The translations under genes and the position numbers were made by a program. From NCBI RefSeq assembly GCF_021869535.1, contig NW_026262581.1, positions 96,100,001 to 96,164,000 on the forward strand: DNA of 64,000 nucleotides, written 5' to 3'. This document shows positions 49,871 to 63,295 of this stretch, one piece after another. This stretch comes from Mytilus californianus. Its lineage: Eukaryota. How positions within the stretch are numbered: the first letter of the stretch is position 1; the number at the start of each line of letters is the position of its first letter. The notes below the pieces were generated by a model. That model searched no databases. It was not told the DNA's origin and saw nothing but the letters and a program-made list of their open reading frames with translations.

Positions 49871-50032
49871 GAGCTGTTCCATTTAAACATACCGGTACAT
49901 GGTACCCAGGGAAGACACTGTCAAAAATAAGGTAACAACCTATATAGGCAAATTTTCTCTCTATTTGACACCACCCTTAGTATGATTTCAAAGTGCCTTC
50001 CCTGAGTCCCATATATGTTTTAATGGAATAGC
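49871..50032. mobile_element. Small MITE
   Basis: gctgttccatttaaacata / tatgttttaatggaatagc imperfect TIR. Confidence 0.5.
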
Positions 50033-50842
50033 CCTCAGAAAAAATTGTCCTAAGCAATCAATGGAAATTGAATTGATGGGAATCCATGAGTGACATAAGT
50101 ATACATGTACTGTACATTACAAGTCTGAACAGATGTGTAGAAATGTTTATACCGGTACCATATAAAAGTACCCATAGTACATTAGCATAAGGGCTCAGCC
50201 TTGAATGAACATGCATGTACCATATCACTGTTTTGATGGAATTTGTAAATGATTTATTCATGTAGGTACATGTATTGGTAAAAAATCAACCCAGAATGGC
50301 CCTAACTGGCAGATTTTATACTCCACACATAATCTTACAATGTTTATGTATATATTTTTTAGATTTTTATTTTACTCTACCATAATTAATCATTCTAATA
50401 TGACGTTCTTCAAATGCTTTGAGTACAAACCCATGGTAAAATATGAATATATTGTTTGGGCTGTTCCGATCATACTCCCACATCATATGCTTTTTTATGA
50501 ATGAGCTACCCTATGTCATTGAACGATGACGTAAGAAAATAAGCATTTTACAGGAAAATGCACGATTGTGAAACTGAAAGTCATCAAAACAAGGAAACAT
50601 AAACAAACGACAAAATGTGTTATAAGCCAATTTTTTTTTACATATAAGTAAAACTATCATTTTAATTCATCCAAACCTATCCAAATGCGTTATTGTAAAT
50701 AGGTTAAGCATGTCACTAGTTCAGTTTGCTCCGTTCTTTTACTTCAATATAATAGTGTTTATTTAAGGGAACGGCAAATATTTGCCTTCACCTAGAGCAC
50801 TTGGATCCAAAAGAATTGCTGTATTTGTCCTATAAGAATAAA

Positions 50843-51003
50843 AATAATTCATGGGCACTTGAATTTATACTGATTTTACCATGGGTTTGCCCTTTATGCT
50901 GATATTTTACCCCTCGCTATTGTTCGTGGTAAAATATTTAGCATAAAGGGGCAACCTGTGGTAAAATCAGTATAAATTCAAACCCCCATGAATTATTTCT
51001 TAA
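50843..51003. mobile_element. Fold-back MITE, about 160-bp imperfect palindrome
   Basis: aataattcatggg...gaatttatactgattttacca...tggtaaaatcagtataaattc...cccatgaattatt; right flank tcttaa. Confidence 0.8.
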
Positions 51004-51089
51004 TCATACCATTGTAAAAAAAAATCATGTAGAGCTTTATGATATACAACTGTTAATGTTAAGTCATAATGATTAACAAACTATTACAG

Positions 51090-51188
51090 CTACAACAAGA
51101 AGAGTGTATGAAAAGAAATTAGTGAAACTGAGGCAGAGCTCAGGGGATGCTATAAAAGTTTCACCTAAATTATTTCAACAGAGGTATG
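51090..51188 (+). CDS. TMPO: TMPO-like exon 3 (LEM domain, C-terminal part)
   Basis: TTTRRVYEKKLVKLRQSSGDAIKVSPKLFQQRY; ttacag / gtaagt; alternative donor at 51183. Confidence 0.9.
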
Positions 51189-52027
51189 GTAAGTACTAAG
51201 GATACCAGTTTTATTAGGTCTTAAATGTTTTTATGTCATGTGGAGAATTTGAAATTAATGGTAGACCTTTGATGCATTGCATAGACACTTTTCTATTATT
51301 AAAGACAATATGAACACATTGATGAGACAGCAATCCAAGAACTAAAAAAAAAACAAAATAGACATTTTAAAATCAACATATGGTCTTCAACAATAAAAAA
51401 ATCTCTTATCATTCATATTTTCTGACTGTACATGTACATAATACATATAATTAGTATGAAAGAGTGACATGCTAATACCCTGTTTGTACATTTTTGTGAG
51501 AAATGTGTGTATCGATGTCTTAATGTGAATATGTAGTGCAGCAGCTCCTACGTGTACTAATGGGCAACTCTATTCAGAATTTAAATGTTGCACAATTTCT
51601 ATTCAGAATTACAATGTTGAACTGAATGTTGCATTGTAGAAAAAAGATAGAAATCTACATTTAAGATTGTCATTTGGACTGGACTATTTTTATGCTAATT
51701 TTAAAGGCTTAAGTTTAAAAAAAAAACTAAGTCAACTTTTTGATCAACCAAAAAATTGGCAGATCGGATGAATTTGTGACAACAGAAGGCTTATGAATAA
51801 AAAAAGGTAAGGGGGGAACATCACAGAAATAGTAGTTTATTGACATTCAACTTTAAAATTTAAAGGTCATTACAATAATCAGATACTTACACTATAGTAA
51901 GCTCTAAGTAAAACCAAGTGCCAACAAGGCATAAATTCAACCCAGACAATAAAAATATGCAAATAAATGGCAAATTCAGCAAATTTTCAATCAAGTACCA
52001 AATTTTTATTTATTTTTATTTTTGTAG

Positions 52028-52055
52028 ATGAAGTACCAGATGATGAAGATAAACA
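52028..52055 (+). CDS. TMPO: TMPO-like 28-nt microexon
   Basis: Long poly-T tract, tgtag acceptor, gtaagt donor; (D)EVPDDEDK(Q); phase 1 to 2 fits its neighbours. Confidence 0.8.
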
Positions 52056-52883
52056 GTAAGTAACCTTATGAACTGTAAATATAGAAAAAAAAAATTAAAA
52101 TCCTCAAAAAATGAAAGATATGTTTTTAATATTTTTGGGGCATCGTTTAAGGTCAAGGTTTCATCATTTTAAACTGTGAATAATATATATTGCTCTGGAA
52201 ACAGCCTTCTATGGAAGCTTTAACAGTTGCACAAAATACCGCCAACTGCAAATAAGGATTATTTGCTATTCTATGTTTAGATTACTAATCAACTGTTGTC
52301 AATATCAGGTAGAAAACAGTTTGTCATAAAGAAGGTGTAATATAATTTGGAAAAGGTATATTCTAGCCATATACAGTTGAAAAAAAAATTGAAATTTCTG
52401 GAATCCTTTTAGAATTTGAACTTGGTGTAAGTATGGGGATAGAAATTAAATGAAGTCTTTATCAGAATTTCATATAAGAAATAGGATAAGAAAACTAGAA
52501 AAATTGTGTAGCCTTGTGCACAATATTTTGCACCTAAAATTTGTTTACTTACATATGCTGTACACATGTATATGGTCCTTGTATTTTAACTGGACAATAT
52601 CATTTTACCTTATAATGGTGTAATATCTTAGTTAAGAAACAGTATTTAAAAAAAAAATACAAAGGAAAACTTTGGAATCTGTAAGGAGATGGTAAAAACT
52701 ACTATGCAAGTTTACAGATGTTACAAAGTCTTTAAAATGTGAAAACATGCGAATAAAACATAAACTTCAAAACCAGAAAGATTAATAATCCACAATATGT
52801 TGGAGTAGTTATCTGAAAACAACATATGCATGTAAACAAGAAAGTCACTGCTGTTTCCAAGGTGGTAACAGACAATCAGGTTA

Positions 52884-54464
52884 CAGAGCTCCAGATAAGC
52901 TGCGTATTTGCGTGATCACGCAATACAAATAATTAATAACCCAATGCAATTGCCCATTGCAGGGTTCAAAAACCCAATTCATTCAAAGGAAAACCCAATT
53001 ATATGCCAAAACCATGAGTTCTTAACGCTTTTATTCGCTATCGTTTGCGTTATTTACCCTTATCTGATTACAGTCATCGCGTAAATCTATTTTTATAATA
53101 TTTATAATTGGAAATGTCCTTTCGTTCTAAAAATAGAGCCCTGCATCAAGTAGCCGAAATGGGTCCCTGTTGGAATTTTCCGTTGCTCAAAAGGTACACG
53201 TGTTTATGAAAACATTTCGATCTTCTCGGCGTTTATCCAATTAGCGTTTGTCTTGTTGTCATATTTTTTTCGAATTGCTCGGGATTTATCATAACATACA
53301 ATGAATTAAATTGAAAGTAAATATCCAATAAAAATATTGAATAGAAGCATGTTTTCAGCTTCTTTTTGATACTTTAGGGAAAGTTATTATGATGATAACA
53401 AGACCCGTTTGTGTACCTTAACGAGAACATTGCTAGAACGATAAACACGGGGTTTTGTCAAGAACGAAATCAGTTGGAAAAAGTGAAAGGCCAAATCAAT
53501 TATGACATGATGTATGTAGTTGGAAAGCATCAGAAACCAAAAGTTCTCATCAGCTGGGACAACTTAACCCAGATTTATGTAAATTAAATTAAACAAAAAC
53601 ATTCAAGTATAATTTTAGTTTATATATTATTTTTTTCATTTTAGTTGATGAGTGAATACACATATCTGTTTTTTACGTCAATGCATCTTGACACTTTCTT
53701 TGTTTTGGTCTTATTGTTCTGTATGCTTATGATAGTTGTCTTATTGGCAAGTGCAGTTTAACATTGTCATTTATTTATTTGATGTTGCAGAATTATTTGT
53801 AAATTTAACTCTGTAAATTTAAGTTGAATGTGGTCTCCGTCATTAAACCTATAAACCTGGTCAAGGTTTTGGGGTATATCTTAAATCTGGGAACTACTTA
53901 TTATTTTTATTAAAAAGTAGATCTGGCAAATAGGTGAAAGGACTGGCAAAACTTTCTTACAGCACCTAAATTTCACATATATTACATAAAAATCTGAACA
54001 CTTAGCCACGCCTACCCCAACTAAACTGTAGGGTGATCATATGGGATCTAGAAAGGTAATTAGTAACTGTCCAACTAGTGACACCAGCTGCAGTTTATAT
54101 AAGTTGTGAGAAAATACAAAACTGGCAGAACGTTTAAAATAGGACACAAATTAAACGTACAATTGCTCGTCAGTGAATAAACCAAATAAAACAGTTAGCA
54201 TATATACAAAGAAAGAAACACATTTAAGATGGAAAAACATCTGCATGGGGTTGATATAATGTGATTATAACATGCCTAAACATTCAATATTGTGTTGATG
54301 AAAAAACCCAATACATTAAGGAGCTTGGTGGTGAAAAACCCAATTTGATATTTGCTTGAGGGGTGAATTGGAATTGATAATGCAATTTAAAAACTTTATC
54401 ACCCAATTACATAAAAAAATGGTGGGTAAAAACCCCAATTTGTGAATTCTTATCTGGAGCTCTG
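52884..54464. mobile_element. 1.58-kb non-autonomous TIR element (hAT-like, 6-bp TSD)
   Basis: Perfect 16-bp TIR cagagctccagataag / cttatctggagctctg; TSD aggtta; ACCCAAT subterminal repeats at both ends. Confidence 0.9.
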
Positions 54465-54550
54465 AGGTTATATTTTTGTGAGCTCATGCTTCAGCTATTA
54501 TAAATAACATCTGTAAGTTGTTTTAATTCCTCGAACATGATCAATTTTAG

Positions 54551-54697
54551 ACCACCTGTTAAGCCAAGATCACCAAGGAGGCGTCCTCCACCAAGAAGAA
54601 TTCAAAGAGAAGAACCAGTTGACGAACCTGTTGAGGAACCAGTAGAACAAAAAATCACAGAGAATCCTGTATTAACCAGGCGTCCACTGACTGCAAG
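54551..54697 (+). CDS. TMPO: TMPO-like exon 5
   Basis: PPVKPRSPRRRPPPRRIQREEP...RRPLTAR; ttttag / gtatat; phase 2 to 2. Confidence 0.88.
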
Positions 54698-55297
54698 GTA
54701 TATAATTAAAGGAGCATGATAATGTGTAACAAAATACGTTCACAGTGAGACTTATGATAAACTAATATCAATGATACATATATTTTATTTTACAAATAAA
54801 AGTTTACAATTCCATGGTTGATGCTACGGTGTCCTCGCATTTCTCTTTTTAAAAGCTCTTTCATTTTGGCCATTTTTATACCAGTTTTCAGTAAACGATT
54901 AAGCTTTTGAACGAAATAAATATGGTATTTGATTAAACCATGGTTAAAATAATATCTTACTAATGTTTTTCACATATATTGTAGTATAAACATCCTAATT
55001 TCATCCATGTTTCGTGCCATAGATTGTTTATAATCAGGTAAATTTTGTGATCTGCCATTTGTCCAAATTAAATATTGATTGGAGAGGGCTGATTATTACT
55101 AGAATCTGTGTGTGTATGAAAATAACAAAAGACACAAGCAAAACAAGATGTTTTGAGTCCAAGTGAAAAATAATGCACAAAAGTGGCATATGTGAATTAA
55201 GGAACAACAGGACTGTATTTGAATAGTTGCGACCATCAGTTGAGTATTTGACAGTCACAAATGCAGTTTTACTGGAGACACGGAGCAAAGTCAGTAA

Positions 55298-56194
55298 TTA
55301 TATGACCGCAAAAAATTTTTGGGGTCTTATATTGCTATCATGTCTGCGTCGTCGTCCAAAGACATTTGGTTTCCGGACAATAACTTAAGTTTAAGTGTAT
55401 GGATCTCTATGAAATTTTACCAAAAGGTTCAATACCACTGAAGAAAGGTTGGGATTGTTGTTGGGGGTGATGGTCCCAACTGTTTAGGAATTAGGGGCCA
55501 AAAAGGGGCCCAAAACAAGCATTTTTTTAGTTTCAGGACAATAACTTGTGTATAAGTATATAGATTGCTCTGAAATTGTACCGCAAGGTTCAATACCACA
55601 AGTCGAAGGTTGGGATTCATTTTGGGGGTAATTGTCCAAACCGTTCAGGAATGAGGGGCTAAAAAGGGTCTAAAACAAGCATTTTTCTAGTTTTCAGACA
55701 ATAACTTGTGTTTAAGTGTATTGATGTCTTAAAATGTACCACATTTTACAAAAAGAAAATTTTCTTCAAATGATTTTTTTTTTTGGAAAAGGGGGGGGGG
55801 GGGGGGGGGTAAAAATAAAATTGGGGGTGTAAAAAAAAATTTTTTTGGGCGGGGACAATTTTTTATCCTCAAGATTTAAGAAATTAACAAGAAAATTTCT
55901 TCAAATATTTATTTTTGGAAAAAGGATGGGGGGGGGGGGGGGGGGGCGTCAATTTTTTTTCTTCAAGATTTAAGAAATCTTCAATTGAATATAAATTCAA
56001 ATCATATAACCAATTTTAAGTTCTTTGTTCTTTGACTACATTTATTCTGTGTCAGAAACCTATAATGTGTCAAATATCTAATTACAATTCAAATTCAGAC
56101 CTGTATCAAGCTTGAATATTGTGTCCATTTTTGCTCCAACTGTTCAGGTTTGGACCTCTGCGGTCGTATCCAGCTGCGCTTGGCGAAGCAGTTT
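55298..56194 (+). mobile_element. HINE-like element, same family as 5733-7675
   Basis: tatgaccgca ... tgcggtcgtat IR, same 160-bp units and 3' module; long G runs. Confidence 0.8.
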
Positions 56195-56780
56195 ATACTG
56201 ATATTTGCAACTGTGAAATAAAAAATTGACAGTCGCAACTATTAAAAATACAGTACTGTTATTCCTATTCTAATGCAATACTCTTGAAATGCTCATCAAT
56301 AAACATTTTGAATATCCTGTAAATTTCAACTGCGATTGCGCAAAATTGTTGCCAATGACTCCGACCGTCAACCATGGAATTGATGGCAGAGGTCATCCAA
56401 TCAAAATTGGGGTTACATGCCAAATTGCATTAGAATGTTAATTTCCAGTATATACAGTGTATATTAATGCAAATGCTTTGTTTCAATTTCTCAAATTATA
56501 CATTCTTGAATTGAATTTCAATTAAAACAAAACTGACTTTCACTTCTTACTGAAGTCAACCTACCTTGTCATTTCACCCTGTCTGGCTGCCAGGAGATAG
56601 TCACTTTTCCTGAATTAATAAAAATATGGTGACCTCTGTTTTGTAAAAATGTAACTTTACTTGTGAAAGTAATATGGAAATTTCTTGGAAACATGTTGTT
56701 GTGATACTTTATCATGATCAGATACCTTGTCAAGTTACAGCATATTTCATGTTCAAACAATCACCATTGTTTATTTATAG

Positions 56781-56985
56781 AACAAGAGGAAAGACAGAAC
56801 GATCATCACCTACAGCATCTTCAGAGACCACATCCACAACAGAAGAGAAATCTGGTGGTGGAATACCAATGTGGGTCAAGCTTGTTATTTTCCTATTGGT
56901 GGCTTTCTTTGTTTACCTTGTTATTGTGAACATGGAACCATCAGCTGATGGCAAGATACCAAAGTCCATCACAGAAGGAACATGA
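56781..56985 (+). CDS. TMPO: TMPO-like last exon (C-terminal TM anchor)
   Basis: GIPMWVKLVIFLLVAFFVYLVIVNMEP resembles the LAP2beta IPxWIK...ME TM segment; stop TGA. Confidence 0.9.
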
Positions 56986-59143
56986 TCTGTATATATAACA
57001 TTGTGGACACTGACAATATTATTTAAAATGTATATGTAATTATCATGTAGATTAATGTTAATTGGACATTGTGTTCATTGTAACTTGCATAGTTATTGTG
57101 TCAGTGATACATTTTTATTGTAATGGTACATGACGGCTTTGGGTTTCATTATTGCAACATTGCTTTGCTAAAATAGCTCATAATATCAAACTGAAAGATG
57201 TTTTTTATTGGAGAGGCTAGCATGCTACCTTTAAATAGAAGTATTAGAAGATGAAATATTTTACATCACACAAATGTGAAATTTTAGTGAAAAATTATTT
57301 AGAAAGGGTTAAAGTTTGAAATTATGTACCATTTATAGAAAGATTTCCAAAATCTACTGGTCAGTATCCATAAATATAAATAGCAATAAAGCTTTGTTTA
57401 ACTTTATTGCTAAAGGATAAAGGAAAAAACCATTATTAATGCAAACAATAAGATTGAAAAATAATAAGTTATTATTGTTTCAAAATTCATTTGAAATGCT
57501 TCTACCTATAAATTATTCATTTTTATTGCCTTCCAACTTTATATACCCTTAAAAAATGTCAAAAGAGAGTATATGTTCTTGGGCCGTAAAGTTTAGATCT
57601 CATGGAATGCTAAAATCAACGTGAATTATCCAAATCAAGACAAAAGAATGATTTATGTTTTTTATTTCATAAATTCAGATTTCCATTTATATGTGCTTGT
57701 AATTATATATCAATGCAAGTGAATGTGACGCATATGAGTTTATAGTGGATTGACCATTAAATTAACACCACAATGTTGTGCTTCATCAGGGTTTACCACA
57801 AATTTTGTTAATAAGGATGGTGCATACTGAAATCAAAATCAAGTTTTCATCATGTATCAAATAAACAGAACGGTAATTGTTTATCCTGATAGACTGATTA
57901 ATGATTCTCACATTCAGACAACCCACACTTCCTGAGTACAAGATTATATATTGACATACATGTAAACTTTTTAAAATGCTGTTTATTGCTATGACTACAG
58001 TTAATTTATAATGTTATGATTGTAATGATAAAGTCACAACAAATTATTGTGATGTGCTTAAATCGTAGTCTATATTGTTGTTTGAAATACTTTGCTTTGC
58101 GAATTCATAGAAGGAATTAAACATTTTAATGTATATAAAGAACAGTATAAAGCCAATGTTATGTTTTATATTTGCCAGGTAAGCTGTAAATCATTCCCTC
58201 AAGGTATACATGCTCCATCTATACTACTATAATAACAAGTTCCAATTTGTTACCCGGCATGACATAAAAACGACAAATCAAAGAATTCAACTTTATGTAT
58301 AACTAATATAGGACAATGGTGTTGTTTAAAATTACACCATTTTAGGCCCTTTTGTTTTCCACATAATTTAGATTACCAAAGGAAAACTGTGCACCTTACA
58401 ATCAGCATGACTATATCAGATGACAATAAGAATACTAAAAATCCAGGCTAAAAAGAAGCGTAGGTACTTTAATTCAGTCACGGATCCGTGATATTGCGGG
58501 TGTGTTCTAGTTCTAATTATGATAATTATACTCCATGCTACAAAGTAATGTGTGTGATTTTTGTTGCGCCTGCAAAATTTATTTCGCAAAAGCGAGAGAC
58601 AGCGATCCTAGATTCCTTTGGCAGCGTCAACATTTAGGTTCAGTCTGTGTTAAAAGGTTTTTTTAGACATCAATAACTTTGTCAAACCTACATGGAATTT
58701 AATGAAATTTGGACAGAAGCTAGTTTATGACCAAAAGACAGTCTTTAGAGCAAAATTTTGAAAATATTTATTTTCATTTTTCTGTATTTTGCTGATAAAT
58801 GGACTTAATTTTTTATTTAAACACTCGGGCTCAGTCTGAGGTTAAAGTTTTTCAGTCATCACTAACTTTGTCAAACCTTCATGGAAATATATGAAATTTA
58901 ATAAGAAGCTTGTTTATGACCATAATACAGTATCTATAGCAATTTTTTTAAATATTTATTTTCTTTTTTCTGTATGTTACTGATAAATGGATAAGTTTTT
59001 TTACAGTTAACAAGAAGATAGTCTGGGGTTAAAGTTTGTTACACATCAACTATTTTTTCAAACCTTCATAGAGTTTTATGAAACTTTGGCAGAAGCTTTA
59101 TAATAATTAAGAGATAATGTCTGAAGCAAACTTTTGAAAGATA

Positions 59144-60341
59144 TTTTTATACGACCGCAAAAAATTTTTGTGGTCAAATATTGGTATCACGTCTTCGTCC
59201 GAAGACACTTGGTTTCCGGACAATAACTTTAGTATTAGTAAATAGAAAGCTATGAAATTTAAACACAAGGTTTATAACTACAAAAGGAAGGTTGGGATTG
59301 ATTTTGGGGGTTATGGTCCTAACAGTTTAGGAATTAGGGGCCAAAAAAGGGACCCAAATAAGCATTTTTCTAGGTTTCAGACAATAACTTGTGGAATGGT
59401 GTATGGATCTCTCTGAAATTGTACAACAAGTTTCCATAACACAAAGGGATGGTTAGGATTGGCTTTGGGGGGTAATGGCTCAAACTGTTTAGGAATTAGG
59501 GGCAAAAAAGGGGGAAAAACAAGGGTTTCCTTGTTAATGGACAATCACTTTTAAGTACAATGTTAAATTTGGATTACCTCCCTTACACTGCTTCAAAATT
59601 ATGTATAAAGAAATTTTGTATTGTCTTGAGGTGATTAGCTGTCAATTTATTTTTAGAAGTTACTAATAAATATAATAAAAATGCTGATTAAAGATATATT
59701 ATTTTTAGACATGATTATGTATGTCATTTTCTATTTTAAGACTTTTATGATGTATTTAAATGGGTAATTATGGTTGCAAACTCCATTGGAAATTTTAATT
59801 GAGATAATGACCATATCTTGAGGGAAAGATTTTTTTTTTTGGAAAAAGGGGAGGGGGGGAGGGGGTACAATTTTTTTTTTTCTCATTAGATTTCAGAAAT
59901 TGCAAAAAAAAAGGGGTGGGGTGAAAAAAAAATTGTTTTCCAAAAAAAAAAAGGGGGGGTGAAATTTTTTTTTTTTTTGGGGGGGGGGGGGGGGGGTCAA
60001 TTTGCAACAGCATAGTGTATTGCACAAAAGCAAAAAAAAAGGGGGGTAAGTTTTTTTGGGGGGTGGGGGGGGTGGGGGTGGGGGGCGGGGGGCGGGTGCA
60101 ATTCGCAACAGCATAGTGAATTGCACATAAGCAAAAAATTGAATATAAATTCAAATCATATAACCAATTCTAAGTTCTTTGACTACAGTTATTCTGTGTC
60201 AGAAACCTATTATGTGTCAAACATTTAATTTCAATCCAAATTCAGACCTGTATCAAGCTCGAATATTGTGTTCATTTTTGACCCAACTGTTCAGGGTTGG
60301 ACTTCTGCGGTTGTATCCAGCTGTGCTCGGCGAAGCAATTT
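59144..60341 (+). mobile_element. Nested HINE-like element (family of 5733-7675)
   Basis: atacgaccgca ... tgcggttgtat IR; 3' hairpin; inserted in a T run. Confidence 0.8.
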
Positions 60342-60379
60342 ATTTTCATTTTTAGTGTTTTTCTGATAGATGGACTTTG

Positions 60380-61516
60380 TTTTTGTCTCGCTTGACAGAG
60401 GTATGCTGTTTCCGGCAGAGGCGGCAGCGTCAACAATGTATTAGTTTGTGATTAGGTCTAGTTTATGGTGAACCACTAGTGGTAAGTCAATGATATTTGG
60501 TATGCAGTTGTATTAGTATTGGCACATCTCATTACCATGGAGATTATTTAGCCCTGCCCCCTTAGTCAAGGTCTATTGACTTTGAAACTTTGCTTAGTTT
60601 ACATGTATTAGTTTGTGATTAGGTCAGTTTATGGGGAACCACTAGTGGTAGGTCAATGATATTTGGTATGCAGTTGTATTAACATTGGCACATCTCATTA
60701 CCATGGAGATTATTTAGCCCTGCCTCCTCAGTCAAGGTCTATTGACTTTGAAACTTTGCTTAGTTTACATGTTTTAGTTTGTGATTAGGTCAGTTTATGG
60801 GGAACCACTAGTGGTAGGTCAATGATATTTGGTATGCAGTTGTATTAACATTGGCACATCTCATTACCATGGAGATTATTTAGCCCTGCCCCCTCAGTCA
60901 AGGTCTATTGACTTTGAAACTTTGCTTAGTTTACATGTATTAGTTTGTGATTAGGTCAGTTTATGGGGAACCACTAGTGGTAGGTCAATGATATTTGGTA
61001 TGCAGTTGTATTAACATTGGCACATCTCATTTCCCTAGAGATTATTTGGGCCCGACCCCTCAGTCATGGTCTATTGACTTTGAAACTTTTGCTTAGTTTT
61101 CATGTATTAGTTTGTGATTAAGTCGGTTTATTTGGAACCACGAATGGTAGGTCAATGATATTTGGTATGCAGTTGTATTAGCATTGGCACATCTCATTAC
61201 CCTGGAGATTATTTGACCCTGCCCCCTCAGTTATGGTTAATTGACTTTGAAATTTTGCTTAGTTTACATTTATTAGTTTGTGTTTAGGTTTGTTTAAAGA
61301 GAAATACTTGTGATAAGTCAATGGTATTTGGTATGCAGTTGTATTAGCATTGGCACATCTCATTTCCAAGGAGATTGTTTAGCCATTTACCTTCAGTCAT
61401 GGTTTATTGACTTTGAATATTTGCAAAACTTACATGTGAAAGTGTTGCTATTTTAAATTCAACATTCGCATTATTGAAATTACAAAAAAGCGAGACATAT
61501 CTCTGTGATAACAGTT
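60380..61516 (+). mobile_element. Nested HINE-like element with 166-bp x6 array
   Basis: tgtctcgct ... agcgagaca IR; ctgtgataacag hairpin; unit starts at 60438, 60605, 60771, 60937, 61104 and 61270. Confidence 0.85.
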
Positions 61517-61726
61517 TATTTACAGTTAACATTTACAGACAGTCTAGGATTAAATTTGTTGACATGATGAATATGTAAACCTTCATAGCATTTAAAGAAA
61601 AAGTGATTTTTTTTTTGAATTCTGTATTTTACTGATAAATAGACTCACTTTTTAAGTCAACAGTACACTTTTACACTTACAGCAGCAATCGCAGGCGAGA
61701 CACAGGGTAACGCGGAACCCCTTACG

Positions 61727-62025
61727 ATTTATATGCCCCACCTACGATAGTAGAGGGGCATTATGTATTTCGGTCTGTGCGTCCGTTCGTTCGTCCGTCC
61801 GTCCGTTCGTCCATCTGTCCCGCTTCAGGTTAAAGTTTTTAGTCAAGGTAGTTTTTGATGAAGTTGAAGTCCAACCAACTTGAAACTTAGTACACATATT
61901 CCCTATAATATGATCTATCTAATTTTAATGCCAAATTAGAGGTTTGACCCCAATTTCACGGTTCATTGAACATAGAAAATGATAGTGCGAGTGGGGCATC
62001 CGTGAACTATGGACACATTATTGTT
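61727..62025 (+). mobile_element. Short HINE-like element with (GTCC/GTTC)n and one ~165-bp unit
   Basis: IR atgccccac (61733) / gtggggcat (61991); 3' ccgtgaactatgg stem. Confidence 0.75.
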
Positions 62026-63295
62026 TTTTTGTATCTGTCGGTCATTTTGGTTTCAGGATGCAGCTTATTGCTCAAGTTCTTTTAGTAACCAAAGATACAT
62101 ATATGGTCACATATACTAAGAGGAAGATCCTTATTGATTTTGGGGTCACTATGTCAAAATTCAAGGTCATAGTAACTAAAGACAGACTGAAACTTTTGCA
62201 GGAAAGTTTGAATGCTTAGTGAAATATTTTATTAAGAAAAGCAACTTTACTGGGATACATGGTCACATGTAATGAGAGGAAGATCCAAATTGATTTTGAG
62301 GTCACCACTTTCAAGGTCAAAATAAATGAAAATTGCCAAAAAATTTCAAGGTCTTGGTTACCTAAAATAGATCCAAATTTGTGCAGGAAAGTAGTTTCCA
62401 GATTATAGATTTATATAATTACATGGATGTGGAGCCTAATAGCATAAATGGGTCACATGTAAATAATAAATAAAATTCTTTATTTAAAGAAGGTAACACA
62501 TTTAACAATGACATGTTAATCTTCCATGAGGCCTTCAATAACTATTAATACAAATAGAAAAGACAAAAATAAAAACAAAATAAAATACATAATACAGTTA
62601 TATATAGCAGCTTAAATATTGAATAAGTACATATGCATTCAATAGAAGAAAAAAAAACCGTAATGTAACGAGAGGCAGATGGGTACAGATGCGCAATTCA
62701 TTTCAGGTAGGTGGTAATGGTACGGTAGCCTTTTCCTCAGTTCCTCTGCTCATATCATAAACTTGAATATGTATGATGGCTCGTTTTGAAGCTGACATTT
62801 TCACGTATGTGGTTAAATTTTCGGAGTATGAAGAGATTCGTTTTTCCATAATTTAGCAAACAATGAAAAGTCGTTTGTGATGCAGCTTCTCGAGGTTAAA
62901 AAATCTCACACAATAAGTTCTTTGAAAATTTAGTTTTTTGCATACATTAATAACTCCATAGTTTTTACACCTTTATTCTATGGTCCTCTGCTCTCCAAAT
63001 CAGCTCAAATAGTTAAGCTAAGTCACTTGTTAAAAATTGAAACATGTCCAATATCACTACACAGATTTTTCATTTACGCACAACTTTTGTGTTCCTTAAT
63101 TTGAGGCGCATTGGGATATTGATCCAGATCCCTATTGATTTTGAGGACATACCTCAAGGTGATTATTACTAAAAATAAATGGAAGTAGGTGCAGAAAATG
63201 GGTTACCTAATGATAACTCCACGAACTTTCATGGGATTGAAACTAAAATTTGATATTTGGTAAATATAAGGGAAGGGCTATCAATCCCCATTGAC

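Larger units (their letters stand above)
58558..61725 (+). mobile_element. Outer HINE-like element (~190-bp units) containing two nested HINE-like elements
   Basis: 5' ttgttgcgcctgc...aaagcgaga, 3' gcaggcgagacacagggtaacgcggaacccc; its unit sequence resumes after each insertion. Confidence 0.75.

Noticed and set aside
59795-60154. Proline-rich ORFs
   Set aside because: Translation of poly-G/poly-C runs inside a HINE.
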